Assembly (NCBI GenBank): GCA_025786725.1
Contig: JAHLTZ010000040.1
Span: forward strand, 1-64,000
Source of the DNA: Syncephalis fuscata S228
Lineage: Eukaryota; Fungi; Zoopagomycota
Direction of reading: 5' to 3'
Length of the DNA: 64,000 nt
The first letter of the stretch is position 1; each line of letters starts with the position of its first letter. Below the pieces are notes generated by a model that saw only the letters and a list, made by a program, of their open reading frames with translations, was not told the origin of the DNA and ran no database searches. Position numbers and translations under genes: made by a program. Shown here piece by piece: positions 40,581-53,747 of this stretch.

Positions 40581-42045
40581 ATGTTTCAATTTCGCTTTCC
40601 TGACGATGAATCCGCGCAAAGCAGACCGCCAAAGCGTCGACTAGACCAAGCAGAGCTAAATGGGGATTCAGTCGAACTAGCCGATAGTATTAGCAATGAC
40701 GACGGTGCTGTAAGTATGGCGACTGCCACGACAGCACTTCCTGCAACCGCCAAAGACGAACCAACACCTACTCCTATCTCAGGGCTTCAGTTTGCATTTC
40801 CAGGTAAAGCGCTACTGTTTGCACCAACTGGATACTTATAATATGATAGAGTCGCCACATAAAGTGTGTAATATCGTGAGCGTACATGTCTATGATTGTT
40901 GATAATAAATCTTTATTTTAGATAAAACGAATTGATCGGAAATCAACTGTCGTGTCCACTGAAGATCCTGTTAGCCAGTCTTCAATTAGTTCGATGCATA
41001 ATGATAGCGATGTTGAACAAACACCATGGCAGCCTGTAAGTGCCAATGTAATGCTAAATTACTAACTAATCTATAAATATGTGCATATCAGCCATCATGG
41101 TGGAGTAATGTATCACCTAGTAAACAAGCTCAGAAATTAATTGATGTTGTAAGTTGTCTGTATATTAGCTAATAAGTAGAATATTGGTTGAGTAATTGTC
41201 AAATAAATAGGATGCCACTCAAGCCTGTTGCACGACACAGGATCTTCGTGAGGCATTTGCTGAAGCAGTATTAAATACAACTGATGATGTAGCACAGTCT
41301 GCAGACCATGATATTGAACCATCGAAAACAACCAGTGATCTACTAGGGTCCATTCGTCTTCCAGATGACCAACCACCAGAGCAACAAGAGACAAGTACGG
41401 CTGGAATTCGCTTTGGCCTTTTTGGCAATGATAATCAGATGAGCCGGCTTGGTGGTGGTGGTGGTGTTGAGATATCACCAAGAAAAGGGAAATTGCCCTA
41501 CGAACGGTAAATACTACATATTCAACTCAATATTGACAGCCAATCTAATGCATAACAGTGGAGGTCGAGCAGAGCTACTGACACGTCTAACAATGCACGA
41601 AAAGACGGATTATGCACTTTGGCAGCATGCGCTCACCAAGAAAAGTAAGCACAGATAAATCGACTAAAACGAAATAGTACAAAATGCTAATACACGAATG
41701 TAGATATTAATGAACGGCCAACTCCTGATATGGAGGCCACAGTAGCTGAAGTGCTACAGGCACGTCCTGGATTATTGTTATGCCGTTGTATTACTACATC
41801 AATGGCATTACAGCGCGCAATTTCTGATAATTCCTTGGATGCAGGTCCCAGGCCACATTCTCACAGTGAAGCGAATGACGAAGCGACATTTTTTGCTTTA
41901 CTATCAGACCCAATGGTTAGTCAAGCCGGTCCAATTAAGCATACGCTTGAGGCGGCGCCTTTTAGTTCCAAATTGGTTTTCATCGTCCCTGGCTATACTC
42001 AGCAAAGAAAAAGGCAAAGAAAAAGCCACAGGCAAAGATAGGTGA
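40581..42045 (+). CDS. Hypothetical multi-exon protein with a SPIDR-like motif (tentative)
   Basis: GT-AG bounded GC-richer exons. Spliced segment SPRKGKLPYERGGRAELLTRLTMHEKTDYALWQH. The 3' end and exon structure are uncertain. Confidence 0.5.
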
Positions 42046-42850
42046 TAGATAACTACCGCCTTATACACTTATACTGTTTTTATTTATTTAAAATTCATTT
42101 ATTTGATATAAATTATAGGTTTAATATTACCCATCATCATTGCTCAATATTTACGCCTTTATATTTATAGACTGTTATGATAAAAGAATAAAATAAAATT
42201 AGGACAGAGCCGTCCAATGATTGGTCTGGTCTATCTGATGATCTGATAGTTCCCATTTTATTACCAATTTTGGATTAACTGGTAAATGCAAGCGTGTCAA
42301 TTTACAAAAACACCGCAATTCTCCCCCGAAATCACCCGTAAGCCAAGCGAGGATCAGATATCGTTTGATGTACCTAGTACAAAATGCGATCGGTTAATGT
42401 CCATAGCAATAACATCACAACACCATTGCTTAATTAATAAACAATAACGGCAATATTTTATACTTGCAATAGGCGGAATTCCTGCAGAGCATCTGCGCCT
42501 TGTCTATAATAACCATTCGCTTAACTAGCAACCGCAAAATACTTGCTTGTTGCGTAGCGTCCCCTCGTGCGTATGCAACTGGATAGAATAATTGGTCTTC
42601 CGACCTTTCCCTGTTTCCTTCCCCGTCTCTTTTCTTTCTTTCTCATCCACTTACGACTGGCTATTGTGCCTCGCTTGTTGGCTATATAACTAGCTCGTTC
42701 ATTACGATATTTTACCATTTGAGATACGAATACCATACCTACTTTGTTAGTGACCACCACAATTATTTTTATTAATATTTATACGTGATTAAGTTCCTTG
42801 TATCCGACGGTGGTCGATAACTACATTAGTGTGTCTATCTAGTCTAAAAT

Positions 42851-44482
42851 ATGAGTCACGAAAACAACGAAGCGCAGAGGCGCGAGTCGGTGACGGCAGA
42901 AAGCCTTAAAGAAAAGACGGAGGATTTAGCCGTCGTGGACACTGTCTCTACCGACGCGGCTGATGAAAAACCACTTAAATATCAAATTATCGCCCTTTTG
43001 TGTACTCTTTTACTTTCCAGTGGAAGCCATTTTGCCAATCAGGCGTTTAGCGCATCAAAAACATCAATGAAACAAGTAAGTAATATCACTGAGTATCGAT
43101 CAATAGTGCAATGTTATTTACCTTCTGTATAGGATTTAGACATCACAAATGCAAATTATGGTGTTTTACAATCTTCAGTTTCTCTTGTTAATACATTTAT
43201 TCCATTAATTGGAGGCGTGTTTATGGATCGTTTTGGCACCGCACTTGGCTCTATCATTTGTACCACTATGATTTTGCTGGGTAATATTATCGAGGCCATC
43301 TCGGCCAACACTAGTTCTTATGGAGCTATGATTGCCGGCCGTGTTATTTATGGGTAGGATTTGCACTTTATCAATAAATAATGCACGACTAATAAGCTTT
43401 ACAGCCTTGGTTCGGGTGCTGTGGTCATTGCACAGGAAACAATCCTAGCTCATTGGTTCCGTGGCAAAGCATTGGCTTTAGCTATTGGCCTGCAGATCTC
43501 AGTTTCTCGTCTGTCTAGCTTTTTGGCCCAGGGTGTAACTGAACCAATCCGAAACCATACCGGCTTTTGGGGCAATGTTTTTTGGGTATCGGCTGCCATT
43601 TGTGGTTTATCCTGGTTGCTTAACATTGCGTATATCTACGTGATGAAAGTCAGCGGTCTTCCACTTCGTCCAAATATGAGCAAGCATCAGTTTAATCCAA
43701 AAAGCGTTTTATATTTCCCCACAGCGTATTGGTTTATGCCGCTCAATATATTCTTGTTTGGCGCAGTATGGACGCCCTTCCTTTCTATCGCTGCCGAATT
43801 TGTTAAGTTCCGCTTCCATAGCAGCGATGTGATTGCCGGTTGGCAATCTGCCGCTTCTCTTGCAATTCCTGTTGTTGTATCTCCATTTTCGGGTGCTATG
43901 CATGATCGATTTGGTTATCGTGGCCCGGTTCTAATTCTTTCCAGTATTCTATTGATTATTGGCATGGCGTTACTCGGCTTCACAATGGCAAATCCTGTCA
44001 TTGGCTTAATACTTTTTTCGTTTAGTCTTACCTTGGGACCTGTTGCTAGTACATCGTCGATTCCATTGCTAATGCCTCGTTCATTGATTGGCACAGGCTT
44101 AGGCATCAACAAATGTGCACTTAATTTCGGTGTCACCATTGTCAACATTATTGTTGGCCGTATTCAAGATGGTAATCATAACGACAGCTACGACGGTGTT
44201 ACCGATGTACTTTTGGCAATTTCGTGCGCTACACTTGTTTCTTCAGTTGGATATTTCCTTGCCGATCGTATACTTCTTAAGGGATTATTTAATGCCAACT
44301 ATCAAAAACGCCGTGAAATGCTTGAAGAGCGTAAAGAAATTGAAAACGAGGTTGAAGCTGGCAAAGGACGTAGAAACTTTATATCAGTAATTGGCAGCGT
44401 TTTTGTTGTTGTTATTTGGATTATTAGCATTGTGCTCTACGGAGTCTATGCTGTCAAAGGAACAACTGGAGGCAAAAAATAA
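42851..44482 (+). CDS. Major facilitator superfamily transporter (MFSD1-like), 3 exons
   Basis: YGVLQSSVSLVNTFIPLIGGVFMDRFG, GRVIYGLGSG, AQETILAHWFRGKALALAIGLQISVSRLSS, about 12 hydrophobic segments. Confidence 0.9.
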
Positions 44483-44935
44483 ACAATTAATGTTACGTGC
44501 TTAAGTATATTGCAATGGTGCGTACCGTGCCAATGATTAATTAATGTTGGTTATTATGTTAATAGAAATCATTATACTTAATGCATCGTTTAGTTACTTG
44601 TATTCCATTATTATTATATACATTGGTTATTTTTGCTAATTAAACAACAATATTCTTTTTTTACAAATATTGGCATAGTGTATTTATTTACATCTGATAA
44701 AATTATACCCACACCGCCCATTTAATATTGGTCATAAACTTTAATGTTAAAATAAAGTGATACACAGTAATACATTTATTAGTGCAAATAACATGGATAT
44801 AAATAAATAAAACAATGTTAACCAAATAAGCTATTAATAATGTTGTTAAAATGTATATATGTAGTTTTATTAAACACAAATAGTTACCAAACATTATTTA
44901 TTATATACAATATTAACCATCTGCAACAAGTGTTA

Positions 44936-45578
44936 TTACTCGCTAGTTTGCTTGACGATTGTCACGGGACAGTCCATGTGCTGTATTAAATACTCGCTTA
45001 CTGAGCCGAGTATTAATCTAGTCGTGGCATTAGTTATCATTGATAGCTAGCTGGATACAACGTCTTACTTAGTCAATCCTTGATGATTGCGTGAGCCAGC
45101 AATTAGTACGTCCACTATTGGGTAGTTTTCATTCAAGTGCTTTTCAATGACTGATCCAACGTCACCGTAGGCTTCTACCGTCTCAACATTGTAGTTAACA
45201 CGATTATCAAAACGAACTACAAAGTTGTGAATATTTGTGACGGTCGCTTTACTTTGTTCCTTTAAATCAACGTTACTTGCTTTATCCAAGTTATCTCTAA
45301 TAAAAATGTTATTATTGTACAGTTTATATTAAATTAGTACTTGCATGTAAGGCATGCTTGATGGCTTATTCAATGCCAAAGCATGAAGTACGACGAGACG
45401 ATAAGGAACAGACAGTTTGCTACATAAATCAAATGCATAGTTGATTGCCTTGCCACTGCTATGGATCTGATCCACGGCAACAACCACAGTGTATTCTCTA
45501 ATTAATCATGTATATTATCATTATAAGTATTATAGGTCAGGTATACACACTAGTATATTACCTAGCTGTATAAGACAT
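44936..45578 (-). CDS. Universal stress protein (UspA family), multi-exon
   Basis: VVVAVDQIHSSGKAINYA, LVVLH, LIAGSRNHQGLTKLILGSVSEYLIQHMDCPVTIVK. Confidence 0.9.
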
Positions 45579-45763
45579 GACGGAAAGAAATGAACAAAAA
45601 TTGAAAAGTATCATTAATTGACTGATACATTTATGTCATAGCATTTATACAATTGTCAATCGGTATTGACTCATTAACAATTCGATCACCGTTTTAAATG
45701 TTGCAAACGTGAGTCACTCAGCCTATTCACTTATTTCTTTAAACCTTGTAACCTTGTAGTGCT

Positions 45764-47792
45764 ATGGCACATCACAAAACAAATCAGCCACTGGAGGCAT
45801 GGCTACTGGAGGAGCTTAGCTGTGCCATGGGCATTGGCAAAGATGATCTACAGGCCATGATTCCATATGTAATGTCGCTAGAGACCGAGAAAGAAGCACG
45901 CGATTATCTGGAGGTAAGACATGAATGGCTGGAATAGCTGAAATAGCTGGTCAATGCAACTAATGCATGTCTATGCAGGGATTGCTAGGAAATACTACGG
46001 CAGCGTGTGCGCTTGTTGACGAGTTTTTAGAAAGAAAACGGAATACTGAACAAAGAACTACTCAAGGCGCGATCCCTAGCAAAAGTAAAGCATTGCAAGA
46101 ACAACAGCAACCGTCAGAGAAAAAGACTAAAGACAAACAGGTAAATATTAATGGTTTAGCCTATATAAATCTAACATAATTACATTAGGGACAGTCTAAG
46201 AAAGTAGGAAAAAAGTTAAACAATAACGGTATAGAACAGCTAGCACAGTCGTTCAATAGCGGTGGAAGTGTTTATCGTAAATCAGATAAGGATGATGTTT
46301 ATATAGCTGGCGGTATGGCTCAAAGGTATGCTAAATGGCAGTTTATTATATGTAATTAAAAACATTAATACAATTTATAGTAAAGGAAGTAGTAGTAGTA
46401 GTAGTCAACGCAAAACAAAAGGTGCAGCTCCATTCGGTGGACAAAGTACACCAACACCTAAATCAACTTCATCACCATCAAATACAACTGAAAATCAAGC
46501 AGGAACAAAGAAAAAGGAAAAGAAAGAAAGTGTAGAAAAAACGGGAAAAAAAGATAAAGCAAAAGCAGCACCTTCTAATCGCGTTGTATGTCATTGTATG
46601 GGTAAGTGATGTTACTTATCAATATAATTGTTTATTAATAATAATAATTAGCTAAAGTGCACAGATTATTTACAAATTGTTTGAAATGTGGTAAAATTAT
46701 TTGTACTACTGAAGGTCCTGGTCCATGTACTTTTTGTGGTTCTGAAGTAGAATCGCCACAGCAACAATTGGAACTATTGGCACGGGAACAGCGAGACCGT
46801 AAAAAATCCACTCCTCAGCGTCGCAAAATACCAGTAGGAGCGGCTAAGACGGATCATACACGTTCCTACAAGGCAAAAGTTGCGGGTGGATTTGCTGAAG
46901 GTTGGGATGATCCAAGTTTATCGACGGCAATAACAGCAGTGTCAACTGGAGCAGAGGCTAGCGACGAGCTTACTATTGATGATGAAGACGCAGATACTCG
47001 TAATGCTAGATTGTTGGCTGAAGCACGCAAGGAACGGCTACTTGAATTTGATCGTACTAGTGCTCGTAGAACTCAAGTTATTGGTAGGATTAAAGGATTA
47101 ATAGAGCGATAAAGTGTATTAACCTAGTGCTAATAGATCAAGCTAGCGATTTTGCTCTACCAAATGAAGTCGATGATCGGTGGCTTGATCCGGAAGAGCG
47201 GGCACAACAAGCTGCCTTGCGTCGTCAGCGATTAGAAGCATTAGAGGCGCAGGAGCGCCGGAGTGGCAAGGCTCGTGTTATAACGATTGACATAAGCGGT
47301 AGATGCATTGTAGAAGAGAAGCCAAATGGTAATCCAGCATTACTACAGCCATCATCAGCATCATCACCAGCTACTGGATCATCTAAACGAGTACCATCGC
47401 CAGTTAATATGATGGCCAAGGCTATTCAGTCAGCCGAAACTTCTGGTGCATCCAAATCGTTGACTAATACGCTTAAAAATCCGTTACTTACCAAAAAGAT
47501 GCGTCCTGTCTATGTTAAAGAAACACCGCCACCAGCAACAGAGTCTCAAAAAACTAAAGACAAACGCAAAGTTAAAACAGAAGAAGTAGAAGCATTTCCA
47601 GCACCAGAATGGACAACTATGGCCGCCCCCGCTACTTCTTCAGATACTGCGGCTGTTTCAGCCTTTAATATTCGCACACGGTAAGTAAACAATATGCAAT
47701 ACATATATTTATTTATAACCAGTTATTTTTGCTATGATAGTCACAAAATAGGTCGAGTACAACACGATACTTTTATTGAAATGTTTTCTTAG
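45764..47792 (+). CDS. RQT4: ASC-1/TRIP4/RQT4-like C2HC5 zinc-finger protein, multi-exon
   Basis: CHCMAKVHRLFTNCLKCGKIICTTEGPGPCTFCG and KERLLEFDRTSARRTQVIDQASDF. Confidence 0.88.
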
Positions 47793-48165
47793 TCATTATG
47801 TTAATAAATTAATAACTAGTTAATAATAATTTGCTATTTATTATCATTAGTCTTTGATGATACTACTTATTTATAAATGAAAAGTATAGGCTTTATTTAC
47901 AAGTTGGATTTACTGTATTATTGTTTTTATCCAATTAATAACATATTGTGTTCTATACAATAGACTAAACATTAAATTGCAATTATCAATTATTTATAGC
48001 TATATTTAATTAGCTGTTTAACCTAGTAACACTGTCACAATTAATTCCATCAAACGATATGTTTATTTCATGTTGATTGGAATACCGCACGTTTGCAGAA
48101 TAGGCTGAATCCGTGGGCAGTTAGGCCGTCTAGACATACATAGACCAGTAGTCGTACATAACAAA

Positions 48166-49221
48166 CTAGAGACGACGACCACGACGACCACCCTTTCTGC
48201 GGGTGCTGTCGGTAGGCACTGGGGTGACATCCTCAATGCGGCCGATAGACATGCCAGCGCGAGCCAAGGCACGAAGAGCAGCCTGGCCACCAGGACCTGG
48301 GGTCTTGGTGCGGTTACCGCCCATAGCGCGGATCTTGATGTGAAGAGCAGTGATGCCAAGTTCCTTGCAACGGACGGCAACGTCTTGGGCAGCCAACATA
48401 GCAGCGTATGGAGAGGACTCGTCACGATCGGCCTTCACCTTCATGCCACCTAGCGTATTGATTACCCAGCAGATATCATCGCATAACAATGGTGGAAAGA
48501 CATCGTTGCAATTGGCAAATAATCACATAGAATATAAAAAGACAAAATTCCGTCAGCGATCAATACGTTCGGTGCCATTGAGAGTGCGCGTTTCACCGCT
48601 GATCCCACACCGACGCTATGTCGCCATGGATCCAGAGAAAAGGAGAGAATCTCGAAGGATGGTCAATCCATAATCCATGCTGTCTATATACGTAAAAGAA
48701 TATACACACTATGCATAGAATATATCCATGGCCGTGCTCAACAGGTGATACGCGCGCTCTTACTGATATCCGCTTGGGATTGCATCGATCAACTAGCTAC
48801 TTACCGGTAACACGGACGATGGTTTCACGACCAGTCAAATCAGTGATGTGCTGCAAGAAATAGGTGGTCAGGTTAATATCGCGCCAAAATAACACTAGAT
48901 CGCGCACTACTTACCACGAAAGTATCGTTGAAGGAGGCATAGATGTGAGCGACACCAAAGACCAACTCGCCTTCGCGGGTTTGTGGACCAAGAGTGACCG
49001 TCTCTTCGGTTCTGACTTTCTTAGCGTTCTTCTTGGACTAAAATAATAAAGAATGAGTAATGCTGTTATATTTATTGCTATTTCACTAATATGACCATCC
49101 ATCTAGTATGTACATCCATCCATCCATCTATGTATGTATGTATCCATCCATCCATCCATTGAATCATTCATTCCTCTATCTACTGCTTGTTCTGTTCTAT
49201 AGCTATCTAAATACTTACCAT
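48166..49221 (-). CDS. RPS14: 40S ribosomal protein S14 (uS11), multi-exon; first coding exon is ATG only
   Basis: [53 protein letters not shown]...[16 protein letters not shown]. Confidence 0.98.
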
Positions 49222-49986
49222 GCTTACGGTTTATCCGGCAATTGGATGAATATGCTCGAGTTCAAGCGGAAAGAGGAAGGACCACTTTGGGCTGATCTCA
49301 ATTGTGTGTAGTTGAATTCACTCATCGACACACTTGCCCCCACTCAAATCATTCGCTATTTACAAAAACTGTAAAGTTATTGTGATGAAATAAATAGTAC
49401 CAGATCGACTCATCCACATGCTTACATGATCGTTATTGTTACATAGCCGTTGACTCAACATAATAAAACATAATCAAAAATATTTTACGCAATAGCTGCT
49501 GTAATATTAAGACAGTTATTGCTTTAAATAAGAAATAGTGTTTATTATTTAGCTAAAATTATTGGTTAACATATAATATACTTTTATGAAAACTATAAAT
49601 ATTAGATAAATGTTAGTAATGTACATCTGATTCAAGTGCTATAATCGAGTAGTCCCGATTGACTATGGTGCTTTATATACATTAACATGTCATTTACGTA
49701 ATACTATTGGCGTTTCTTGATGATCTAGAATATGATTTTATATTCTAGCAACAGGGATCGCGTCCATCGATCTAGCGTATCCAAAGATACAGCTCCAGCA
49801 GCTGGAGATGCAGCAATTCGTTGCCCCTTATGATCGGCTTTTCCTTTGTTTATCATACTTCCTTATCGCATCTTGTCAACGGCCTCCTATTCTCATGTAA
49901 TAAATTCTGAACTGCTGCAGATAGTGCTTGACGTTCTTGGACCCTTCTTTATTTGTTTTTATTGCTTTGTTTGCTAAAATCGGATC

Positions 49987-51466
49987 ATGAATACTCAAGT
50001 TCATTCCTTAGCAAATCAAAATGTACAAGTGCTATTAACGAGGGCCTATTCGGCACAATTGGACGTTTTTACGCGCGAAAAAGAGCTTGAGAACATTAAG
50101 CGGGAATTATGGTCGACATTTTCGCTTAAATACTGGTTGCAGCAATGTATGAAAGCAAAGTTAAAGCTGGCCATGAGTAAACAGCAGTTACGACAGGCTT
50201 TTGAAGAAGCCGTAGAACATATATTTGAAATTCCTAGTGTAAGCGACGAGGAAAGAACAACTGTTTGCGCCTACAAAAGTAATTGGTCGATTTCATGGAT
50301 TCGTATGGTCCTTTACTGCTGCGAAGAAAATCGATGGGATTTAATTAGTCTGCTAATTGACCACTTGATCAGTCCTGAGGGTAAGTTTGCCGTATATTTT
50401 AATATCTATTAAATATTAATGACTAATAAGTTAATAGCGCAAACAGAAAGCTGTAGTTCAGCTTTACCGATCTGTTTTAAGCAATTATTTGATGAATATA
50501 GTCTTTTTCCTTCAGATGTAACGTTTAACGTAATTCGTAGACCGATTATAAAATTGGATTCAGTAAGTAAGCAGTGTGATTGCGTTATTGCTAAAACACA
50601 CAGCAATTAACCTAATATTTAGGAAGTAGTCTTAGGAAACTGGATTATTGAGACCAAGACACCAGAAAATACAACAGAACATGTGCTAAAGGCATTTTCC
50701 TGTTCATTGACGGGGCAAAGAGAAATTGCATTACACAAGTATATTTGCAGTCAATCAGATATTTTTGAATATGTGCCACAAATAGTAACCGTCGGCGAGG
50801 TATTATCGATGCCAGCACTGGTCACCAACTATGTGACTAAACAAGAGACGATGCTGTATAGTAACAAAGAGCAAATGAAACTGACACAGGATCTAATTAA
50901 GGTAACAGCGACTTCATATAGCTGTCATTTTGTTAATTGCGCATCTATTGGCAGATGCTCTGTATGTTGCATGAAAATAACATTAAAATAGGCGATATAC
51001 GGCCGGAAAGTGTGGTAATCGAAAAGACTACTTTACAGCTTAAGATAATCGACTTGGAGGCCGTTTGGCTAATTGAAAACGATACAATAGTATCAGATGA
51101 ATACAACAATGCTGCGGAGAAACAGAAGTTTTGGCAAACGCTTCCCTGCGAAGAGTCTGGATATCCGATCTATGCGAAATTAACACAGCAACTATTGGAA
51201 CATTTTCTTGGTGTAGGTAATACTGATTGTTAGGATTCAACTTGGACTTACGCCAATACGCGCAGAATGCCATGAGTGCACCGATTCGTAAACTAGTAGG
51301 ATTACTGCGACACGATGGATCGTTGAAACAGTTCACCAGTCATGATTATATTGAACTGTTTGAGTTTTTCAATGACTTTAATGAGATTAATAACAACACA
51401 CCGTTAATCACGTTTGCCCACGGTTGTATCGAGAATGAGGCAGTTCTGTTGATGGATTCAAGCTAA
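49987..51466 (+). CDS. Hypothetical protein with a degenerate protein kinase-like C-terminal domain, multi-exon
   Basis: VLKAF (beta3 Lys), EIALHKYI (helix C Glu), LHENNIKIGDIRPESVVI (catalytic loop-like), LKIIDLE (DFG position). Confidence 0.6.
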
Positions 51467-52261
51467 ACTGCCGTAACGCAAAAGAAACATTTTCAGCCAA
51501 CCTAGTAATAACTTTTTTTGTAAATGTTAGTACAGTATAACTAATTTCATTTAGTACCATTACAACCATACTATTCATTCTAATAATAATATAAGCGATT
51601 TATTTAGTCAATTGTTTTATTTATGTTAATGTTATTACATTAATATTTATGCGCTGTTTTTCATTTCATTGTTACATACTTTATTATCAGCTAGTAGTCA
51701 ACTGACTGAATTTAATAATGTTTGTGTATTAAGCTAGAAATTTGTTCTACTGAACATAATTATGAATGGTACATGACATTAGTGATTAAAATATTCACTG
51801 TTATAAATTTATTGTTCAGTATACACACACACACACACATATATATATATACAATTTGTCTGTATTACTATCACAGTATACTCGTACCAATATATACAAT
51901 TATATGATATACTAAATACATTTTATTTACTACATACTTAATAAACTTATCTACTCCATTCGTTGCGTTATATTGTGCACGAATTAACGAACCAAATAAG
52001 GCAGAATTTACAATTAATAGAGTTAACGACAAATAAATAACGGTTTTGAGCAGAGCAGAGTAGTATGAGTATGAAATGATATACAGTATAATGAGTGTGC
52101 AATGGGGAGTGTGCAAATAGCAATATTAAAAATAGAGCACATAACTCCCAATGCATGGAATAGGCGAAGTGCGTTGAAAATTGGCAGATAAAATCTTCTA
52201 GTATACAATAAGAATGATACGGGTGGATAAAGGATACATGCGTGCAGGATAGTGACTGTTT

Positions 52262-52715
52262 TAATGACTGATGCTGTCCACCGCCCAGTTTCATGTTCAG
52301 TAAACGAATATGTAGTTCAGCTGCATGAATATTATTGCATGCGGTTATTTGACCACAAAATCATAGCGTGGCTTGATAACAGTTTGATGATTAAGTCACT
52401 CACCGCCCAGTTTCATGTTCAATAAACGAATATGTGTGGCTGCATAAATATTATCGCGTGTGGTTATTTGACCATTAAATCATAGCGTGATTTGATGATT
52501 TGATGATTAAGTCACTCACCGCCCAGTTCCATGTTCAGTAAACGAATATGTAGTTCGACTGCATGAATATTATCGCATGTGCTTATTTGACTACCAAGCC
52601 GTAGCGTGATTTGATGATTGATACTTCTCACCATCCAGTTCCATGTTCAATAAAACTAATGTGTGGTTAATTGCGCGAGTATTGCCAATTGTAGTCATTT
52701 GGCCACCAAATTAAA
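52262..52715 (-). repeat. Tandem array of four ~112-122 bp units belonging to the interspersed repeat family
   Basis: CACCGCCCAGTTYCATGTTCARTAAAC at 52279, 52401, 52517 and (diverged) 52629. The reverse complement matches the TATTGAACATG...GGTGAGTGAC...TCATCAA core at 348-390. Confidence 0.92.
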
Positions 52716-53747
52716 CTATAATCTGATTAATAAATGATTACCATTGTAATGTAAATTAATGAATGAACGGAGTATTGCACACAGATAGACTATAAATAAA
52801 CCAATGATTATTAAGTAAAAGGCCATCAAGGTGGTACAGGGCAGTAGTGCTGTTATAAAACAACTACCGGCCAAGTACAGTGATTCTATGCTGAACGACT
52901 TGCAGTAATATATAAATGATACCTCCGTTACTCCGTTAATGCTATAATTAAAACAGCATGTCATTCTAGTTGTTTCACCGAATTTATTTATATTGATTAG
53001 CTGGTAATAAACCTGATTTGTTGCAGTGCAGGCTAGACCACCGAACAACTACCAAATTAAACCGCCAAGTACTTTTTATAATCAAATACGAAACTTTTAG
53101 TATGATGTAGAATTACGATATAATGCCTATTAAGGATATACATGGTGCTATTACGTCCATGCTAAGGCCATGACAAGAGTCCCATTAAATTTGAGGATGA
53201 AAAGTTCATCCACCCGATATGCAATGAACATCCTTTCGGAGATTGAAAGGTCTTCGCGTGTTTTTGTAACAATAATGTTGTTTTCTATTTTAGTATTGAT
53301 TTTGGCATCATGTGGGTCATTAGTATGGAATTAAAATAAAACTATTCTCCCACCCAGCTGTGCTCGTCCCACCTTACCATATGGCGCAATGGCTTTGGCG
53401 TCTGGGAAGGGACGCTTTAACCTGTTGTAGAAATACTATTCAAGTTCTGTGTTGCAACAATCCAATAGCTTCGCCAGACCGCATGGCTGCACATTATTGC
53501 ATGCCATTACTGCGTTGCCAATTTTTGCAATAAGGGCCGGCATTATTGCATGGCAATAAACCAGCTTTCATTGCGTCCATTGGATAGCCATTGAAAACGT
53601 GATTCTATTAAGCACAAAGTTCTAGACCATCGTCACATTATAAATGCTTTACAATGAGCCGCATTCTTTGTTGCCCAATTACTGTTTTCTATATTCCTAT
53701 CCTACTTGTATACACTTAATACGTATATATATATATATATATAAACT

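Noticed and set aside
48550-48680. Box C/D snoRNA call in the RPS14 intron
   Set aside because: A CTGA is present, but there is no convincing box C or rRNA-complementary guide. Kept only as an open question.
52262-52715. CRISPR-like repeat-spacer array
   Set aside because: The sequences between the conserved cores are homologous to each other, so this is a tandem repeat. There are no cas genes and the context is eukaryotic.
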